DNA from: an uncultured Pelagibacteraceae bacterium
GTDB taxonomy: Bacteria; Pseudomonadota; Alphaproteobacteria; Pelagibacterales; Pelagibacteraceae
Length of the DNA: 64,000 nt
Assembly: GCA_902579285.1 (NCBI GenBank)
Contig: CACHGA010000002.1
Coordinates: 7,906 to 71,905 of the forward strand
Direction of reading: 5' to 3'
Part shown: one piece after another, positions 41,271 to 50,974 of the stretch
Position numbering within the stretch: the stretch's first letter is position 1
Layout of the letters: each line of letters opens with the position of its first letter
Notes under the pieces: model-generated
Database searches by the model: none
What the model saw: only the letters and a program-made list of their open reading frames with translations
Told to the model about the DNA's origin: nothing
Made by a program: the position numbers and the translations under genes

Positions 41271-41291
41271 AGAAAGATTTTTTAAATTGTA

Positions 41292-41319
41292 TTTATATGT
41301 TCAAATTCCTTAAAGTCAA
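41292..41319 (-). promoter_or_regulatory. candidate internal promoter for rpsM-rpsK-rpoA-rplQ
   Basis: On the minus strand, TTGACT (41319-41314, overlapping the adk TGA stop) is followed by a 16-nt spacer and TATAAA (41297-41292), about 20 nt upstream of the rpsM ATG. Hexamer match only. Confidence 0.4.
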
Positions 41320-41888
41320 CCCTTGATAGCTTCAATTAACACGCTAATTTCGCTATTAATTTTGGATATTTCTGCCTCACCATTTACAACTTTAAGTAAA
41401 TTTGATTGCTTATAATAATCTAAGACCGGTTCAGAGGCTTTTTCATAAGTCTTAAATCTTTTAATTGCTATTTCCTCACTATCATCAGCCCTATTTTCTT
41501 GAGCTTGTCTTTCTAAAATTCTCTTCTTAATCGTTTCTAAACTTACAGACAATTTTAATACAATATTTATTTTTTGTTTATATTTAACTAATAGATCATC
41601 TAAGTTTTTTGCTTGAGTTAAAGATCTCGGATAACCATCAAAAATAATTTTGTTTTTGTAATTATCATTAGAAATAAATTTCTCAATCAAATCATTCACT
41701 ATTTTATCTGAAACTAATTCTCCAGAATTTATGGTAGATGATATTTTAGATCCTAAAGGTGTTTTATTTTTAATTTCATTTCGTAAAAGATCGCCAGTGG
41801 ACAATTGGTATAAATTAAATTTATTTACAATAAATTTAGATTGAGTACCCTTGCCCGCACCTGGCGGTCCAAATATTACTATATTCAT
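41316..41888 (-). CDS. adk: adenylate kinase (short-lid form)
   Basis: Contains the P-loop GPPGAGKGTQ; 190 aa, downstream of secY. Confidence 0.95.
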   Translation of the reverse strand: MNIVIFGPPGAGKGTQSKFIVNKFNLYQLSTGDLLRNEIKNKTPLGSKISSTINSGELVSDKIVNDLIEKFISNDNYKNKIIFDGYPRSLTQAKNLDDLLVKYKQKINIVLKLSVSLETIKKRILERQAQENRADDSEEIAIKRFKTYEKASEPVLDYYKQSNLLKVVNGEAEISKINSEISVLIEAIKG

Positions 41889-41890
41889 TA

Positions 41891-43177
41891 TTATTTACCA
41901 AATTTTGCTTTTTTTATTAATGACTCATATTGTGAGCTCATTAATCTTGTTTGAACTTGTGTGACAGTATCCATTGCTACAACTACAACAATTAAAACAG
42001 AAGTACCTCCCAAATAAAATGGTATAGGATATTTTGCTATTAAAAATTCAGGCATTAAACATACTAGTGTTAGGTAACAAGCTCCGATGGTTGTTAACTT
42101 TGTCAAGATATCTTCAATATAATCAGCTGTTCTTTCACCAGGTCTTATACCTGGAACATATCCGCCATATTTTCTTAAATTTTCTGCTGTCTCTTTTGGA
42201 TTAAAAACAATTGAGGTGTAAAAAAAGCAAAAGAAAATTATACCTGATGCGTAAAGTAGCATGTATAAAGGTTTTCCTTGTGAAAATAAAGAAGATATAT
42301 TTAAAAACAAATCAGACTCAGCTAAACCAAAATTGGAAAAGGTTATTGGTAATAAGAGTAATGCTGATGCAAAAATTGCAGGTATTACACCTGCTGTATT
42401 TATTTTTAGTGGCAAATGGGATGATTGACCACCATAAACTTTATTTCCCATTTGTCTTTTTGGATAATTAATCAAGATTTTCCTCATAGCTCTCTCCATA
42501 AAAACTATAAACATAACTGTAACAATTATTAATATAAAAATTCCAATTATCATTGTTGCAGATAAGGCGCCAGTTCTTCCAAGTTCGAATGTTGAAGCTA
42601 AAGCACGAGGTATCTCAGCAACAATTCCTGAAAAAATTATAAGTGATATACCATTTCCTATACCTCTTGATGTTATTTGTTCACCTAACCACATTAAAAA
42701 TGTTGTCCCGGCAACCAAAGATATCATTGTCATTATTTTAAAATTCAGTCCGGGATTTAAAACTAAGTTACCTGCATTTTCTAAACCAGCAGCAACTCCA
42801 TACCCTTGTAAACAAGCAATAAATACTGTCCCATATCTTGTGATTTGTGTTATTTTTTTTCTACCAATCTCACCTTGATCTTTTAAATTTTTAAAGTAAT
42901 CAGATACTCCAGTAAGTAATTGAACAATAATGGATGCAGAAATGTAGGGCATTATTCCTAAAGCAAAAATTGCCATCCTTTGAACAGCACCACCTGAAAA
43001 AACATTAAACATCCCTAACAAGCCTTTTTGACTCGTGGACATCATTTCTGAAAGAGCTACGGGATCAATCCCTGCAAGAGGGACATATGTGCCTAATCTA
43101 TAAACTGACAAGATGAAGATTGTAAAGAAAATTCTGTTTCTTAGGTCTGATGATTGATTGATATCGCCGTTAGCCAT
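41891..43177 (-). CDS. secY: preprotein translocase subunit SecY
   Basis: 428 aa, 10 TM segments, in the spc-operon position. Confidence 0.97.
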   Translation of the reverse strand: MANGDINQSSDLRNRIFFTIFILSVYRLGTYVPLAGIDPVALSEMMSTSQKGLLGMFNVFSGGAVQRMAIFALGIMPYISASIIVQLLTGVSDYFKNLKDQGEIGRKKITQITRYGTVFIACLQGYGVAAGLENAGNLVLNPGLNFKIMTMISLVAGTTFLMWLGEQITSRGIGNGISLIIFSGIVAEIPRALASTFELGRTGALSATMIIGIFILIIVTVMFIVFMERAMRKILINYPKRQMGNKVYGGQSSHLPLKINTAGVIPAIFASALLLLPITFSNFGLAESDLFLNISSLFSQGKPLYMLLYASGIIFFCFFYTSIVFNPKETAENLRKYGGYVPGIRPGERTADYIEDILTKLTTIGACYLTLVCLMPEFLIAKYPIPFYLGGTSVLIVVVVAMDTVTQVQTRLMSSQYESLIKKAKFGK

Positions 43178-43181
43178 TTTA

Positions 43182-43640
43182 TTAAGCTTTTTCTTTTAGT
43201 ATACTTATAACTCCACCAGCTTTTTCTATCTTTAACTTAGCAGATTTAGAAATGAAATCAGCCTTAATATTTAATTTTTCTTTGATCTCGCCATTTCCAA
43301 GGATCTTTAATTTATTATATTTTTTTCCAATAAGTTTTTTTGAAGCTAGGTTTTTAATGCTTATCTCGTCTTGTGCTTTAATTTTTTTATTTTTTATAAA
43401 ATTTTCAATATCAGAAATGTTTATTATAGCTATGCTCTTTTTAAATAATGGCTTAAATCCTCTTTTTGGAAGTCTTCTATAAAGTGGCATTTGTCCGCCT
43501 TCGAAACTTTTAATTGCAACACCAGACCTTGATTTTTGTCCTTTTACACCTCGACCAGATGTTTTTCCTTTGCCAGAACCAATTCCTCTTCCAACTCTCA
43601 TCTTATTATAATTTGTTTTTACTAGTGTATTTAGTTTCAT
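43182..43640 (-). CDS. rplO: 50S ribosomal protein L15
   Basis: Contains the GRGIGSGKGKTSGRGVKGQKSRSG motif. Confidence 0.97.
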   Translation of the reverse strand: MKLNTLVKTNYNKMRVGRGIGSGKGKTSGRGVKGQKSRSGVAIKSFEGGQMPLYRRLPKRGFKPLFKKSIAIINISDIENFIKNKKIKAQDEISIKNLASKKLIGKKYNKLKILGNGEIKEKLNIKADFISKSAKLKIEKAGGVISILKEKA

Positions 43641-43641
43641 T

Positions 43642-44142
43642 TTAATTTTCTCTTTGTTTAATAATTTCTGATATTTTTTTTCCTCTTAAAGTTGATAAAA
43701 ACTTTGGAGAACTTTGATTTTTTAATCCTTGCATTAGGGCTTTTAAAACATTGTGAGGATTTGCTGAACCTAGTGACTTAGCGACCACGTCTTGAATACC
43801 AAGCACCTCACAAACAGATCTCATGGCACCTCCTGCGATGATACCTGTACCCGTAGGTGCTGATCTCATAAGTATTTTTCCTGATCCGCTTTTAGATAAA
43901 ATATCGTGGTGTAATGTTCTGCCGTCTTTTAGAGGTATTTTAAACATGTTACGCTTAGCTAATTCAGTGGCTTTTTTAATTGCATCTGGAACTTGTTTTG
44001 ATTTACCTTTTCCTATTCCTATTGAACCTTTCTGATTTCCAACAACAACTAAAGCTGCAAAACCAAATCTTCTACCTCCTTTTACTACTTTGGTAATTCT
44101 ATTTATTGCTACCAATTTTTCTACAAATTCACTATCTCTCAT
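43642..44142 (-). CDS. rpsE: 30S ribosomal protein S5
   Basis: Canonical S5 core ([24 protein letters not shown]). Confidence 0.97.
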   Translation of the reverse strand: MRDSEFVEKLVAINRITKVVKGGRRFGFAALVVVGNQKGSIGIGKGKSKQVPDAIKKATELAKRNMFKIPLKDGRTLHHDILSKSGSGKILMRSAPTGTGIIAGGAMRSVCEVLGIQDVVAKSLGSANPHNVLKALMQGLKNQSSPKFLSTLRGKKISEIIKQREN

Positions 44143-44495
44143 CAGAAATTCAATCCATTTTTTCTCAAAGAATCAGCCAGGGCTTTAATTCTTCCGTGGT
44201 ATTTGTATCCACCTCTATCAAAAAATACTTTACTAATTTTTTTTTCAGTAGCTCGTTTAGCTAGAATTTCACCTATAGCTATAGACATTTTTGTTTTATT
44301 TAATTTGTTACTTTTCATCTCTTTCTCATGTGATGATGCCGACACGATAGTTTTTCTTATCCTATCATCTATAATTTGTGCTGAAATATTTTTTAAAGAC
44401 TTTGAAACTGTGATTCTAAATCTGTTTGTATTTATTTTTCTTAATTTAGATCTGTTTCTTAAAACTCTTTTATTTCTAGAATTTTGACGATTCAT
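44142..44495 (-). CDS. rplR: 50S ribosomal protein L18
   Basis: L18 sequence in its operon position; 117 aa. Confidence 0.96.
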   Translation of the reverse strand: MNRQNSRNKRVLRNRSKLRKINTNRFRITVSKSLKNISAQIIDDRIRKTIVSASSHEKEMKSNKLNKTKMSIAIGEILAKRATEKKISKVFFDRGGYKYHGRIKALADSLRKNGLNF

Positions 44496-44497
44496 AA

Positions 44498-45037
44498 TTA
44501 CTTTTTTTTACCTTCTTTTCTTATAACAAATTGATTTTTTTCTTTTATTCCTTTTGCTTTGTAAGGTTCTACTGGTTTAATTGCCTTTATTTCTGATGCT
44601 GTTTTAGATACTAACTCCTTATCAAATCCTGATATTTTAATTTTAGTTTGTTTCTCGATCTTTAATACAATGCCTTTAGGAACTTTGTATTTAATTTCAT
44701 GACTAAAACCTAAACTTAAAAATAATTCTTCACCTTTTAAATTTGCTCTAAAACCAACACCATTTAATTCTAAATCTTTTTCGTGTCCTTTGGTCACTCC
44801 TAGTACAGCATTATTTATAAGGCTTCTGTAAGTTCCCCACAAAATGGAAGTATTTTTGGTTTTTTTATTTGGCATAATCTGAAACTCATTTTTATCATTA
44901 GTTTTGGATGAAAATAACTTATTATTAAAATTAATTTTTTGTGAACCTTTTGGACCTGACACTAATAAGCCTCCATCTTCCACTTTAATATTAGAGTCTT
45001 TTGGCAATACTATAATTTTTTTTCCTAATTTAGACAT
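44498..45037 (-). CDS. rplF: 50S ribosomal protein L6
   Basis: L6 sequence in its operon position; 179 aa. Confidence 0.96.
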   Translation of the reverse strand: MSKLGKKIIVLPKDSNIKVEDGGLLVSGPKGSQKINFNNKLFSSKTNDKNEFQIMPNKKTKNTSILWGTYRSLINNAVLGVTKGHEKDLELNGVGFRANLKGEELFLSLGFSHEIKYKVPKGIVLKIEKQTKIKISGFDKELVSKTASEIKAIKPVEPYKAKGIKEKNQFVIRKEGKKK

Positions 45038-45441
45038 TAAAATACCCTACAAATTACCTCTCCGCCCAGATTATTTTTAATAGCCTCGCTATCAGACATT
45101 ACACCTTTGCTTGTTGATAAAATTGCCAATCCTAAACCTCCATGAACTCTTGGAATACTATCTGCTCTTGAATAAACACGTCTTCCAGGTTTAGATATTC
45201 TTTTTATTTCCCTAATCACAGGCTGGCCTTCGTAATATTTAAGATCTACTTTGATTGATTTTTTACTTTTGTTCTCTTTTTCATTAACAGTATTAAAATT
45301 AATAATATAACCTTCTTTTTTAAGAACCTCCAAAATTTTAAGTCTAAAATTTGAAAAAGGTATATCGATTATATTAAGCGATCTCATTTGACCATTTCTT
45401 ATTCTTGTTAACATATCTCCAATTGGATCTACTAATGTCAT
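45037..45441 (-). CDS. rpsH: 30S ribosomal protein S8
   Basis: Contains the DPIGDMLTRIRNGQ motif. Confidence 0.97.
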   Translation of the reverse strand: MTLVDPIGDMLTRIRNGQMRSLNIIDIPFSNFRLKILEVLKKEGYIINFNTVNEKENKSKKSIKVDLKYYEGQPVIREIKRISKPGRRVYSRADSIPRVHGGLGLAILSTSKGVMSDSEAIKNNLGGEVICRVF

Positions 45442-45453
45442 ATATCTCCCTTC

Positions 45454-45759
45454 TTACCAGCTAGATTTTGTCATCCCAGGTATTTTACCTGATGATGCCA
45501 TCCGCCTTAGTGCTATTCTTGATATTCTTAATTTTCTGTAAACTCCATGTGGTCTACCTGTAATCTCACATCTATTTCTTATTCTAATTTTTGATGAATT
45601 TTTTGGAAGCTTGGATAGTTTTAATTGTGCAGCAAATCTCTCATTTAAAGGTAGTTTTTTATTTTGAACTATAGCCTTAAGTTTTTTTCTTTTATTTGCA
45701 TATCGATTTGACATTTTAATTCTTTTCAAATTTCTTTCAATTGCACTTGTTTTTGCCAT
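45454..45759 (-). CDS. rpsN: 30S ribosomal protein S14 (long form, not a zinc ribbon)
   Basis: 101 aa with the C-terminal [11 protein letters not shown]. Confidence 0.96.
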   Translation of the reverse strand: MAKTSAIERNLKRIKMSNRYANKRKKLKAIVQNKKLPLNERFAAQLKLSKLPKNSSKIRIRNRCEITGRPHGVYRKLRISRIALRRMASSGKIPGMTKSSW

Positions 45760-45764
45760 TTTAA

Positions 45765-46370
45765 TTATTCTCCTTTTTTTTCTTCTTTACTAACTATTTT
45801 CTTAAATTTTTTCTTTTTTTTACTTGTGTCTTTTATAATTGGAAAATTAAATTCTTTTAAAAGGTGAATCGTATTCTCCTTATTTTGACTAGTTGTTGCA
45901 ATCGTAACATCTAAACCTCGTATTGTTTCAACTTTATCAAAATTAATTTCTGGAAATATTATGTGTTCTTTAATACCAAAACTAAAGTTTCCAAAACTAT
46001 CACAACTTGAATCTTTTAGACCCTTGAAGTCTTTGATCCTTGGAAGAGCTATATTTACTAACCTATCAATAAATTCGTACATTCTATCATTCCTTAACGT
46101 GACCTTTAACCCAGCATTGGAACCTTTTCTTGATTTAAAATTGGAAATTGATTTTCTAAACTTAGTTATAACAGGTTGTTGTCCAGCTATTGCGGCAACA
46201 TCTTTTATACATGACTCTAACTTTTTCTTTTCTAGAGCTTCAGCACCTAAACCCATATTTAATACAATTTTATTAATTTTAGGAACTGCATGAGTATTTT
46301 TAAGGCTTAGTTTGCCCATTAAATTTTTAATTATCTCATTTTTATACTTTTCTCTTAGTCTAGGTATCAT
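45765..46370 (-). CDS. rplE: 50S ribosomal protein L5
   Basis: Canonical L5 core with a Lys-rich C-terminal extension. Confidence 0.96.
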   Translation of the reverse strand: MIPRLREKYKNEIIKNLMGKLSLKNTHAVPKINKIVLNMGLGAEALEKKKLESCIKDVAAIAGQQPVITKFRKSISNFKSRKGSNAGLKVTLRNDRMYEFIDRLVNIALPRIKDFKGLKDSSCDSFGNFSFGIKEHIIFPEINFDKVETIRGLDVTIATTSQNKENTIHLLKEFNFPIIKDTSKKKKKFKKIVSKEEKKGE

Positions 46371-46606
46371 TTTTTAGCCTTTGTTTTAGTGTCAATATTT
46401 TTTTTAAGATTTGACATGTGAATAAAGCCTTCTTTGGTTATAATTCCACCTTTGTTTTCTTTAGTTGCTTTTTTATGTTTTTTTTGCATATTCACCTCTT
46501 TAACTTTTGCCAAATTTCTAACTCTATTTATTTCGATAATCTCCCCACTTTTACCTTTATCTTTACCAACAATTACTTTTACTTTTTCACCTTTTTTGAG
46601 AAACAT
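46367..46606 (-). CDS. rplX: 50S ribosomal protein L24 (short, 79 aa)
   Basis: Contains the KOW motif [20 protein letters not shown] and lies between rplN and rplE. Confidence 0.93.
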   Translation of the reverse strand: MFLKKGEKVKVIVGKDKGKSGEIIEINRVRNLAKVKEVNMQKKHKKATKENKGGIITKEGFIHMSNLKKNIDTKTKAKK

Positions 46607-46608
46607 AA

Positions 46609-46977
46609 TTAAATTACCTCCGGCGCTAGTGATATTATTTTTGTTTGTCCTTTGAGCCTCAACTCTCTTGTAACCGGACCAAAAATCCTAGTACCAATTG
46701 GTTCACCCTTTTCATCCGTTAAAACTACAGAATTGCTATCAAATTGAACCTTTGATCCATCTTTTCTAAAAATTTCTTTTTTAGTCCTTACAACAACCGC
46801 TTTGTGAACAGATCCTTTTTTAACTTTACCCCTTGGGAGAGCATCTTTAACACTAACAACTATAAGATCCCCAATGCCAGCGTATCTTCTCTTTGAACCA
46901 CCTAGGACCTTAATACACTCTACTCTTTTTGCGCCTGTATTATCTGCAACTAATAACTCTGTTTGTACCTGTATCAT
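46609..46977 (-). CDS. rplN: 50S ribosomal protein L14
   Basis: Contains the [18 protein letters not shown]-terminus. Confidence 0.98.
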   Translation of the reverse strand: MIQVQTELLVADNTGAKRVECIKVLGGSKRRYAGIGDLIVVSVKDALPRGKVKKGSVHKAVVVRTKKEIFRKDGSKVQFDSNSVVLTDEKGEPIGTRIFGPVTRELRLKGQTKIISLAPEVI

Positions 46978-47204
46978 TTTTCAACAACCTGCCATGTTTT
47001 CAATTTAGAAATAGGTTTACTTTCGATAATCGTAACAAAATCACCCTCTTTAAATTTATTATTCTCATCATGTGCATGATATTTTTTTTTTCTTGAAATT
47101 ACTTTCCCGTAAAAAGGGTGTTGAAACTTCCTGTTAACCTCAACAACCACGGTTTTGTTTCCTTTGCTACTTACTACTTTTCCTTTCAAAATCCTTTTTG
47201 TCAT
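46974..47204 (-). CDS. rpsQ: 30S ribosomal protein S17
   Basis: S17 sequence in its operon position; 76 aa. Confidence 0.96.
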   Translation of the reverse strand: MTKRILKGKVVSSKGNKTVVVEVNRKFQHPFYGKVISRKKKYHAHDENNKFKEGDFVTIIESKPISKLKTWQVVEK

Positions 47205-47389
47205 TTTTTACTTCCTAATAGATTATTGTAAAGTCTGGCTATATTCTTTTTGATAGAAGAATATTCAGAAACATTTTGTAATTGACCGTTAATTTTTTTG
47301 AATCGCATATTGAATAGGTCCTTTTTAAGCTTTTCAATCTCTCTGATTGATTGATCTTTTGTTAATTTTTTTGCCTCTTTTTTTTTCAT
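47201..47389 (-). CDS. rpmC: 50S ribosomal protein L29
   Basis: 62 aa, between rplP and rpsQ. Confidence 0.93.
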   Translation of the reverse strand: MKKKEAKKLTKDQSIREIEKLKKDLFNMRFKKINGQLQNVSEYSSIKKNIARLYNNLLGSKK

Positions 47390-47391
47390 AT

Positions 47392-47796
47392 TTATCTTTT
47401 TATAAATTTAGTTTTAATTGGTAGTTTCGCTGAAGCTTTATATAAAGCCTCTTTTGCTACTTCTTCTGAAACTCCATCAACCTCAAATAATATTCTTCCA
47501 GGTTTAACTCTGCATGCCCAGTATTCTGGCGACCCTTTTCCTTTACCCATTCTTACTTCTGTTGGTTTTTTAGAAACTGGTATGTTTGGAAAAACTCTTG
47601 ACCAAACCTTTCCGGTTCTTTGCATATGTCTTGTTAACGCTACTCGCGCTGCTTCTATTTGTTTTCCAATAATTCTTTCTGGTTGAATAGCTTTAAGGCC
47701 ATAAGTCCCATAATTTAGCTTGGCAACTCTTGTTGCTTTGCCATGTATTCTTCCTTTATGAGCTTTTCTATATTTACTTCTTGTTGGTTGTAGCAT
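47392..47796 (-). CDS. rplP: 50S ribosomal protein L16
   Basis: Contains the [17 protein letters not shown]-terminus. Confidence 0.98.
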   Translation of the reverse strand: MLQPTRSKYRKAHKGRIHGKATRVAKLNYGTYGLKAIQPERIIGKQIEAARVALTRHMQRTGKVWSRVFPNIPVSKKPTEVRMGKGKGSPEYWACRVKPGRILFEVDGVSEEVAKEALYKASAKLPIKTKFIKR

Positions 47797-48460
47797 TTTT
47801 TACTCTTTCAATTTTTTCTTTTTCAATATCTTTTAAGAAAATTTCTCCTTTATAAATCCAAACTTTTACTCCTATCATACCGTATGTTGTTAAAGCTTCT
47901 GACTCAGCGTAATCTAAATTAGCTCTTAGTGTGTGCAAAGGTATACTGCCCTCCCTTAACCACTCACTTCTTGCAATGTCATTTCCTGCAAGTCTACCGC
48001 TAACACATACTTTTATTCCTTTTGCACCCAACCTCATTGTTGCTTGCATAGCTCTTTTCATAGCCCTTCTGTAAGCAACTCTTTTTTCCAACTGCTGTGC
48101 TATGTTCTCAGAAACCAAATAAGCATTCAGCTCGGGTTTTTTGATCTCTTTAATATTTACTGAAACCTCATCTTTTGTGATTTTGGATATTTTGTTTTTT
48201 ATTTTCTCTATATCTGAACCTTTTTTTCCTATAACAAAACCAGGTCTAGATGTATGTATAGAAACAGTACATTTTTTTGATGATCTTTCTATTACAACCT
48301 CTGAAACACCAGCGTTTTTAATATTCTTTTTAATAAATTGCCTAATCTTGTAATCTTCAATTAAGTATTTTCCATAGTCCCCTTTTTTTGCAAACCAAAG
48401 AGAATCCCATGATCTATTAATTCCAAGTCTAAAACCAATTGGATGTACTTTTTGACCCAT
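47774..48460 (-). CDS. rpsC: 30S ribosomal protein S3
   Basis: Contains the [14 protein letters not shown]-terminus; the 3' end overlaps rplP by 23 nt. Confidence 0.97.
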   Translation of the reverse strand: MGQKVHPIGFRLGINRSWDSLWFAKKGDYGKYLIEDYKIRQFIKKNIKNAGVSEVVIERSSKKCTVSIHTSRPGFVIGKKGSDIEKIKNKISKITKDEVSVNIKEIKKPELNAYLVSENIAQQLEKRVAYRRAMKRAMQATMRLGAKGIKVCVSGRLAGNDIARSEWLREGSIPLHTLRANLDYAESEALTTYGMIGVKVWIYKGEIFLKDIEKEKIERVKNATTNKK

Positions 48461-48840
48461 TATTTTTTTACCTCATCTTTTTTTGTTTTATTTTGCTTTT
48501 CCTCTAAAATTATAGTTATTCTACTAAAAGGTTTTTTTATAGGTGCCGCTCTTCCTTTGGCCCTTGGTCTAAATCTCTTCATTACTATAGATTTTCCTAC
48601 GTAAGCTTCTTTTACATAAAGATTATCAATATCATATTGATAGTTATTCTCTGCATTCGCGATTGCAGACTTTACAGTTTTTTTAATATCTAAAGCCACT
48701 TTTTTTCTCGTAAATTCTAGATCCCTTATTGCTACATCAGCTTTCTTGCCTTTTATAAAATTTAAAACCAAATTAGCTTTTCTTGCACCTGTTCTTACAT
48801 TTTTGTTTATAGCTTTAACTAAATTATTTTTTTGCATCAT
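48460..48840 (-). CDS. rplV: 50S ribosomal protein L22
   Basis: L22 sequence in its operon position; 126 aa. Confidence 0.96.
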   Translation of the reverse strand: MMQKNNLVKAINKNVRTGARKANLVLNFIKGKKADVAIRDLEFTRKKVALDIKKTVKSAIANAENNYQYDIDNLYVKEAYVGKSIVMKRFRPRAKGRAAPIKKPFSRITIILEEKQNKTKKDEVKK

Positions 48841-49216
48841 CTTTTCCTTTTGAAGCCGGTGTAGTTGCTGGAGCTTTAGTACTTGCAGGAGATGAAGCGC
48901 CAGGTGCAGATTTGGCTGCGCTACTTGGAGCTCCTCCTTCAGCTGCTGCTTTCTTGTCAGCTGGAGTGTGTCCTGAAAACTTCCTTGTTGGAGAAAATTC
49001 TCCTAGTTTGTGTCCTACCATTTCTTCAGAAATCGTTATTGGTATAAATGATCTACCATTATGAATTAAAAAACTATGACCAACAAACTCAGGAATAATT
49101 GTTGAATTTCTAGACCAAGTTTTAATTGGCTGGCTTTTACCTTTATCTTTTAATTTATCAACTTTTTTTAATAAACTAGGATGTACGAACGGGCCTTTCC
49201 AAATACCTCTTGTCAT
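48824..49216 (-). CDS. rpsS: 30S ribosomal protein S19 with a 40-aa Ala/Pro/Ser-rich C-terminal tail
   Basis: The canonical core runs through ...[25 protein letters not shown]. It continues in frame as [40 protein letters not shown]. The 3' end overlaps rplV by 17 nt. Confidence 0.93.
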   Translation of the reverse strand: MTRGIWKGPFVHPSLLKKVDKLKDKGKSQPIKTWSRNSTIIPEFVGHSFLIHNGRSFIPITISEEMVGHKLGEFSPTRKFSGHTPADKKAAAEGGAPSSAAKSAPGASSPASTKAPATTPASKGKDDAKK

Positions 49217-50049
49217 CTTTTATTCCTTTTCTTTCTTCTTGAAATTATAAACTTATCACTTCTTTTTGGTTTTCTGGTTTTTAATCCCTTAGCTGATTGA
49301 CCCCATGGTGACACAGGGTGTCTTCCACCAGCTGACTTTCCCTCTCCACCTCCATGTGGATGGTCTACTGGATTTTTCACGACTCCACGTACCATTGGTC
49401 TTTTTCCTTTCCATCTATTTCGTCCAGCTTTACCAATTTGAATATTTTTTTGATCTGGATTTGAAACTGTTCCAATTGTTGCTTTGCAGGATGCTCTTAC
49501 TTTTCTTGTTTCACCCGAGGATAATTTGATAATTGCATAATCATTGTCAAATCCTGAAATAGTTACAGATGAACCAGCTGATCTTGCAAGTTTACCGCCA
49601 TTACCTTCTATTAATTCAACATTATGAACCAGTGTTCCTGGTGGTATATCGTTTAAGGACATTGCATTTCCGATTTTAATTTCTTTTTTAACTCCTGAAG
49701 TTATAGTATCTCCGGCTTTTAGTCCTTCTGGGCAGATAATATAATTTTGAGAATTATCCTCATATTTAATTAAAGCAATATAGGACGTCCTATTTGGGTC
49801 ATACTCTATTCTTATTACTTTGCCCAAACTATCAATTTTATTCCTATAAAAATCAATTATTCTATATCTTTTTTTATGACCAGCTCCTTTTGATCTAGAT
49901 GTTATTCTGCCTAAATTATTTCTTCCACCCGTTGATACCTTTCCTTTCGTTAAAGATTTGATAGGTGAGCCTTTCCAAATATTTTTTCTATCAATAAGTA
50001 CTGTTGATCTCGTTGATTTTGTATAGGGTTTGTAAGTTTTTAAAGTCAT
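49213..50049 (-). CDS. rplB: 50S ribosomal protein L2
   Basis: 278 aa with the [13 protein letters not shown] motif. Confidence 0.98.
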   Translation of the reverse strand: MTLKTYKPYTKSTRSTVLIDRKNIWKGSPIKSLTKGKVSTGGRNNLGRITSRSKGAGHKKRYRIIDFYRNKIDSLGKVIRIEYDPNRTSYIALIKYEDNSQNYIICPEGLKAGDTITSGVKKEIKIGNAMSLNDIPPGTLVHNVELIEGNGGKLARSAGSSVTISGFDNDYAIIKLSSGETRKVRASCKATIGTVSNPDQKNIQIGKAGRNRWKGKRPMVRGVVKNPVDHPHGGGEGKSAGGRHPVSPWGQSAKGLKTRKPKRSDKFIISRRKKRNKR

Positions 50050-50052
50050 TTT

Positions 50053-50346
50053 TTAAACTCCCGTCGCTAGATCAATTGTTTGGCCTTTTTTTAATGTAAC
50101 TACAGCTTTTTTAAATCCACTTTTTTTTCCGAGTCTGCCTCTAACAATTTTTGTTTTTGGTTTATTTTTAATTGTATTTATTTTAATTACGTTGACTTTA
50201 AAGATTTTTTCAATATTTTTTTTAATAGAGTGTTTTGATGCACCTTCGTGCACTTTAAATACAACTTTGTTTAATTCAGATAATCCAGTAGCCTTCTCAG
50301 TAATTACCGGTGATTTTATTGTGTCTAAATAATTAATTTTTTTCAT
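50053..50346 (-). CDS. rplW: 50S ribosomal protein L23
   Basis: 97 aa in its operon position. Confidence 0.95.
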   Translation of the reverse strand: MKKINYLDTIKSPVITEKATGLSELNKVVFKVHEGASKHSIKKNIEKIFKVNVIKINTIKNKPKTKIVRGRLGKKSGFKKAVVTLKKGQTIDLATGV

Positions 50347-50971
50347 TTGTTAACCTTTGTTCAATGTTTTTAATTGAACTTTTTGTGAATAGTACATTTT
50401 TAAACCTAATTAGATCGTAAACATTTGTTCCTTTATAATTTATTAGTTTTACATCAGGTATATTTCTTACAGATTTATAAATATTTTTCTCTGTTTCTTG
50501 ATCAGAAATAATTAAAACATTTTCTAATTTATTTTTGATTAAAAAATTATTAAAAATTTTTGTCTTTGCTATTTTTTTCTTAACATCATCTAGAATATAA
50601 AGTTCTTTGTTATTATTTTTTTTTGATATTGTTTGAGCTAATGCTAATTTTCTAATTTTTTTATTTATACTTTTGGTTTTATAATTGTCGCCTTTTGGAC
50701 CATGTGCAACACCTCCACCAACAAAAAGAGGTGCTTTTCTGCTTGAGTGACGAGCGCCTCCAGTTCCTTTTTGAGCATAAATTTTTCTAGTGGATCCAGT
50801 TACTTCGTTACGTTGTTTTGTTTTTGCAACTCTTTTTTTTGATCTATTTAATTGCCAGTCGACGACATACTTCAAAAGTTTATTATTAACTTTTAAACCA
50901 ATTAATTTTTCCGATAAGTTAAGGTTTTCAGATTTTCCAGTACTATCAATATTTAGAACTTTTATACTCAT
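50333..50971 (-). CDS. rplD: 50S ribosomal protein L4
   Basis: Contains the QKGTGGARHSS motif; 212 aa. Confidence 0.97.
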   Translation of the reverse strand: MSIKVLNIDSTGKSENLNLSEKLIGLKVNNKLLKYVVDWQLNRSKKRVAKTKQRNEVTGSTRKIYAQKGTGGARHSSRKAPLFVGGGVAHGPKGDNYKTKSINKKIRKLALAQTISKKNNNKELYILDDVKKKIAKTKIFNNFLIKNKLENVLIISDQETEKNIYKSVRNIPDVKLINYKGTNVYDLIRFKNVLFTKSSIKNIEQRLTNEKN

Positions 50972-50974
50972 AAT

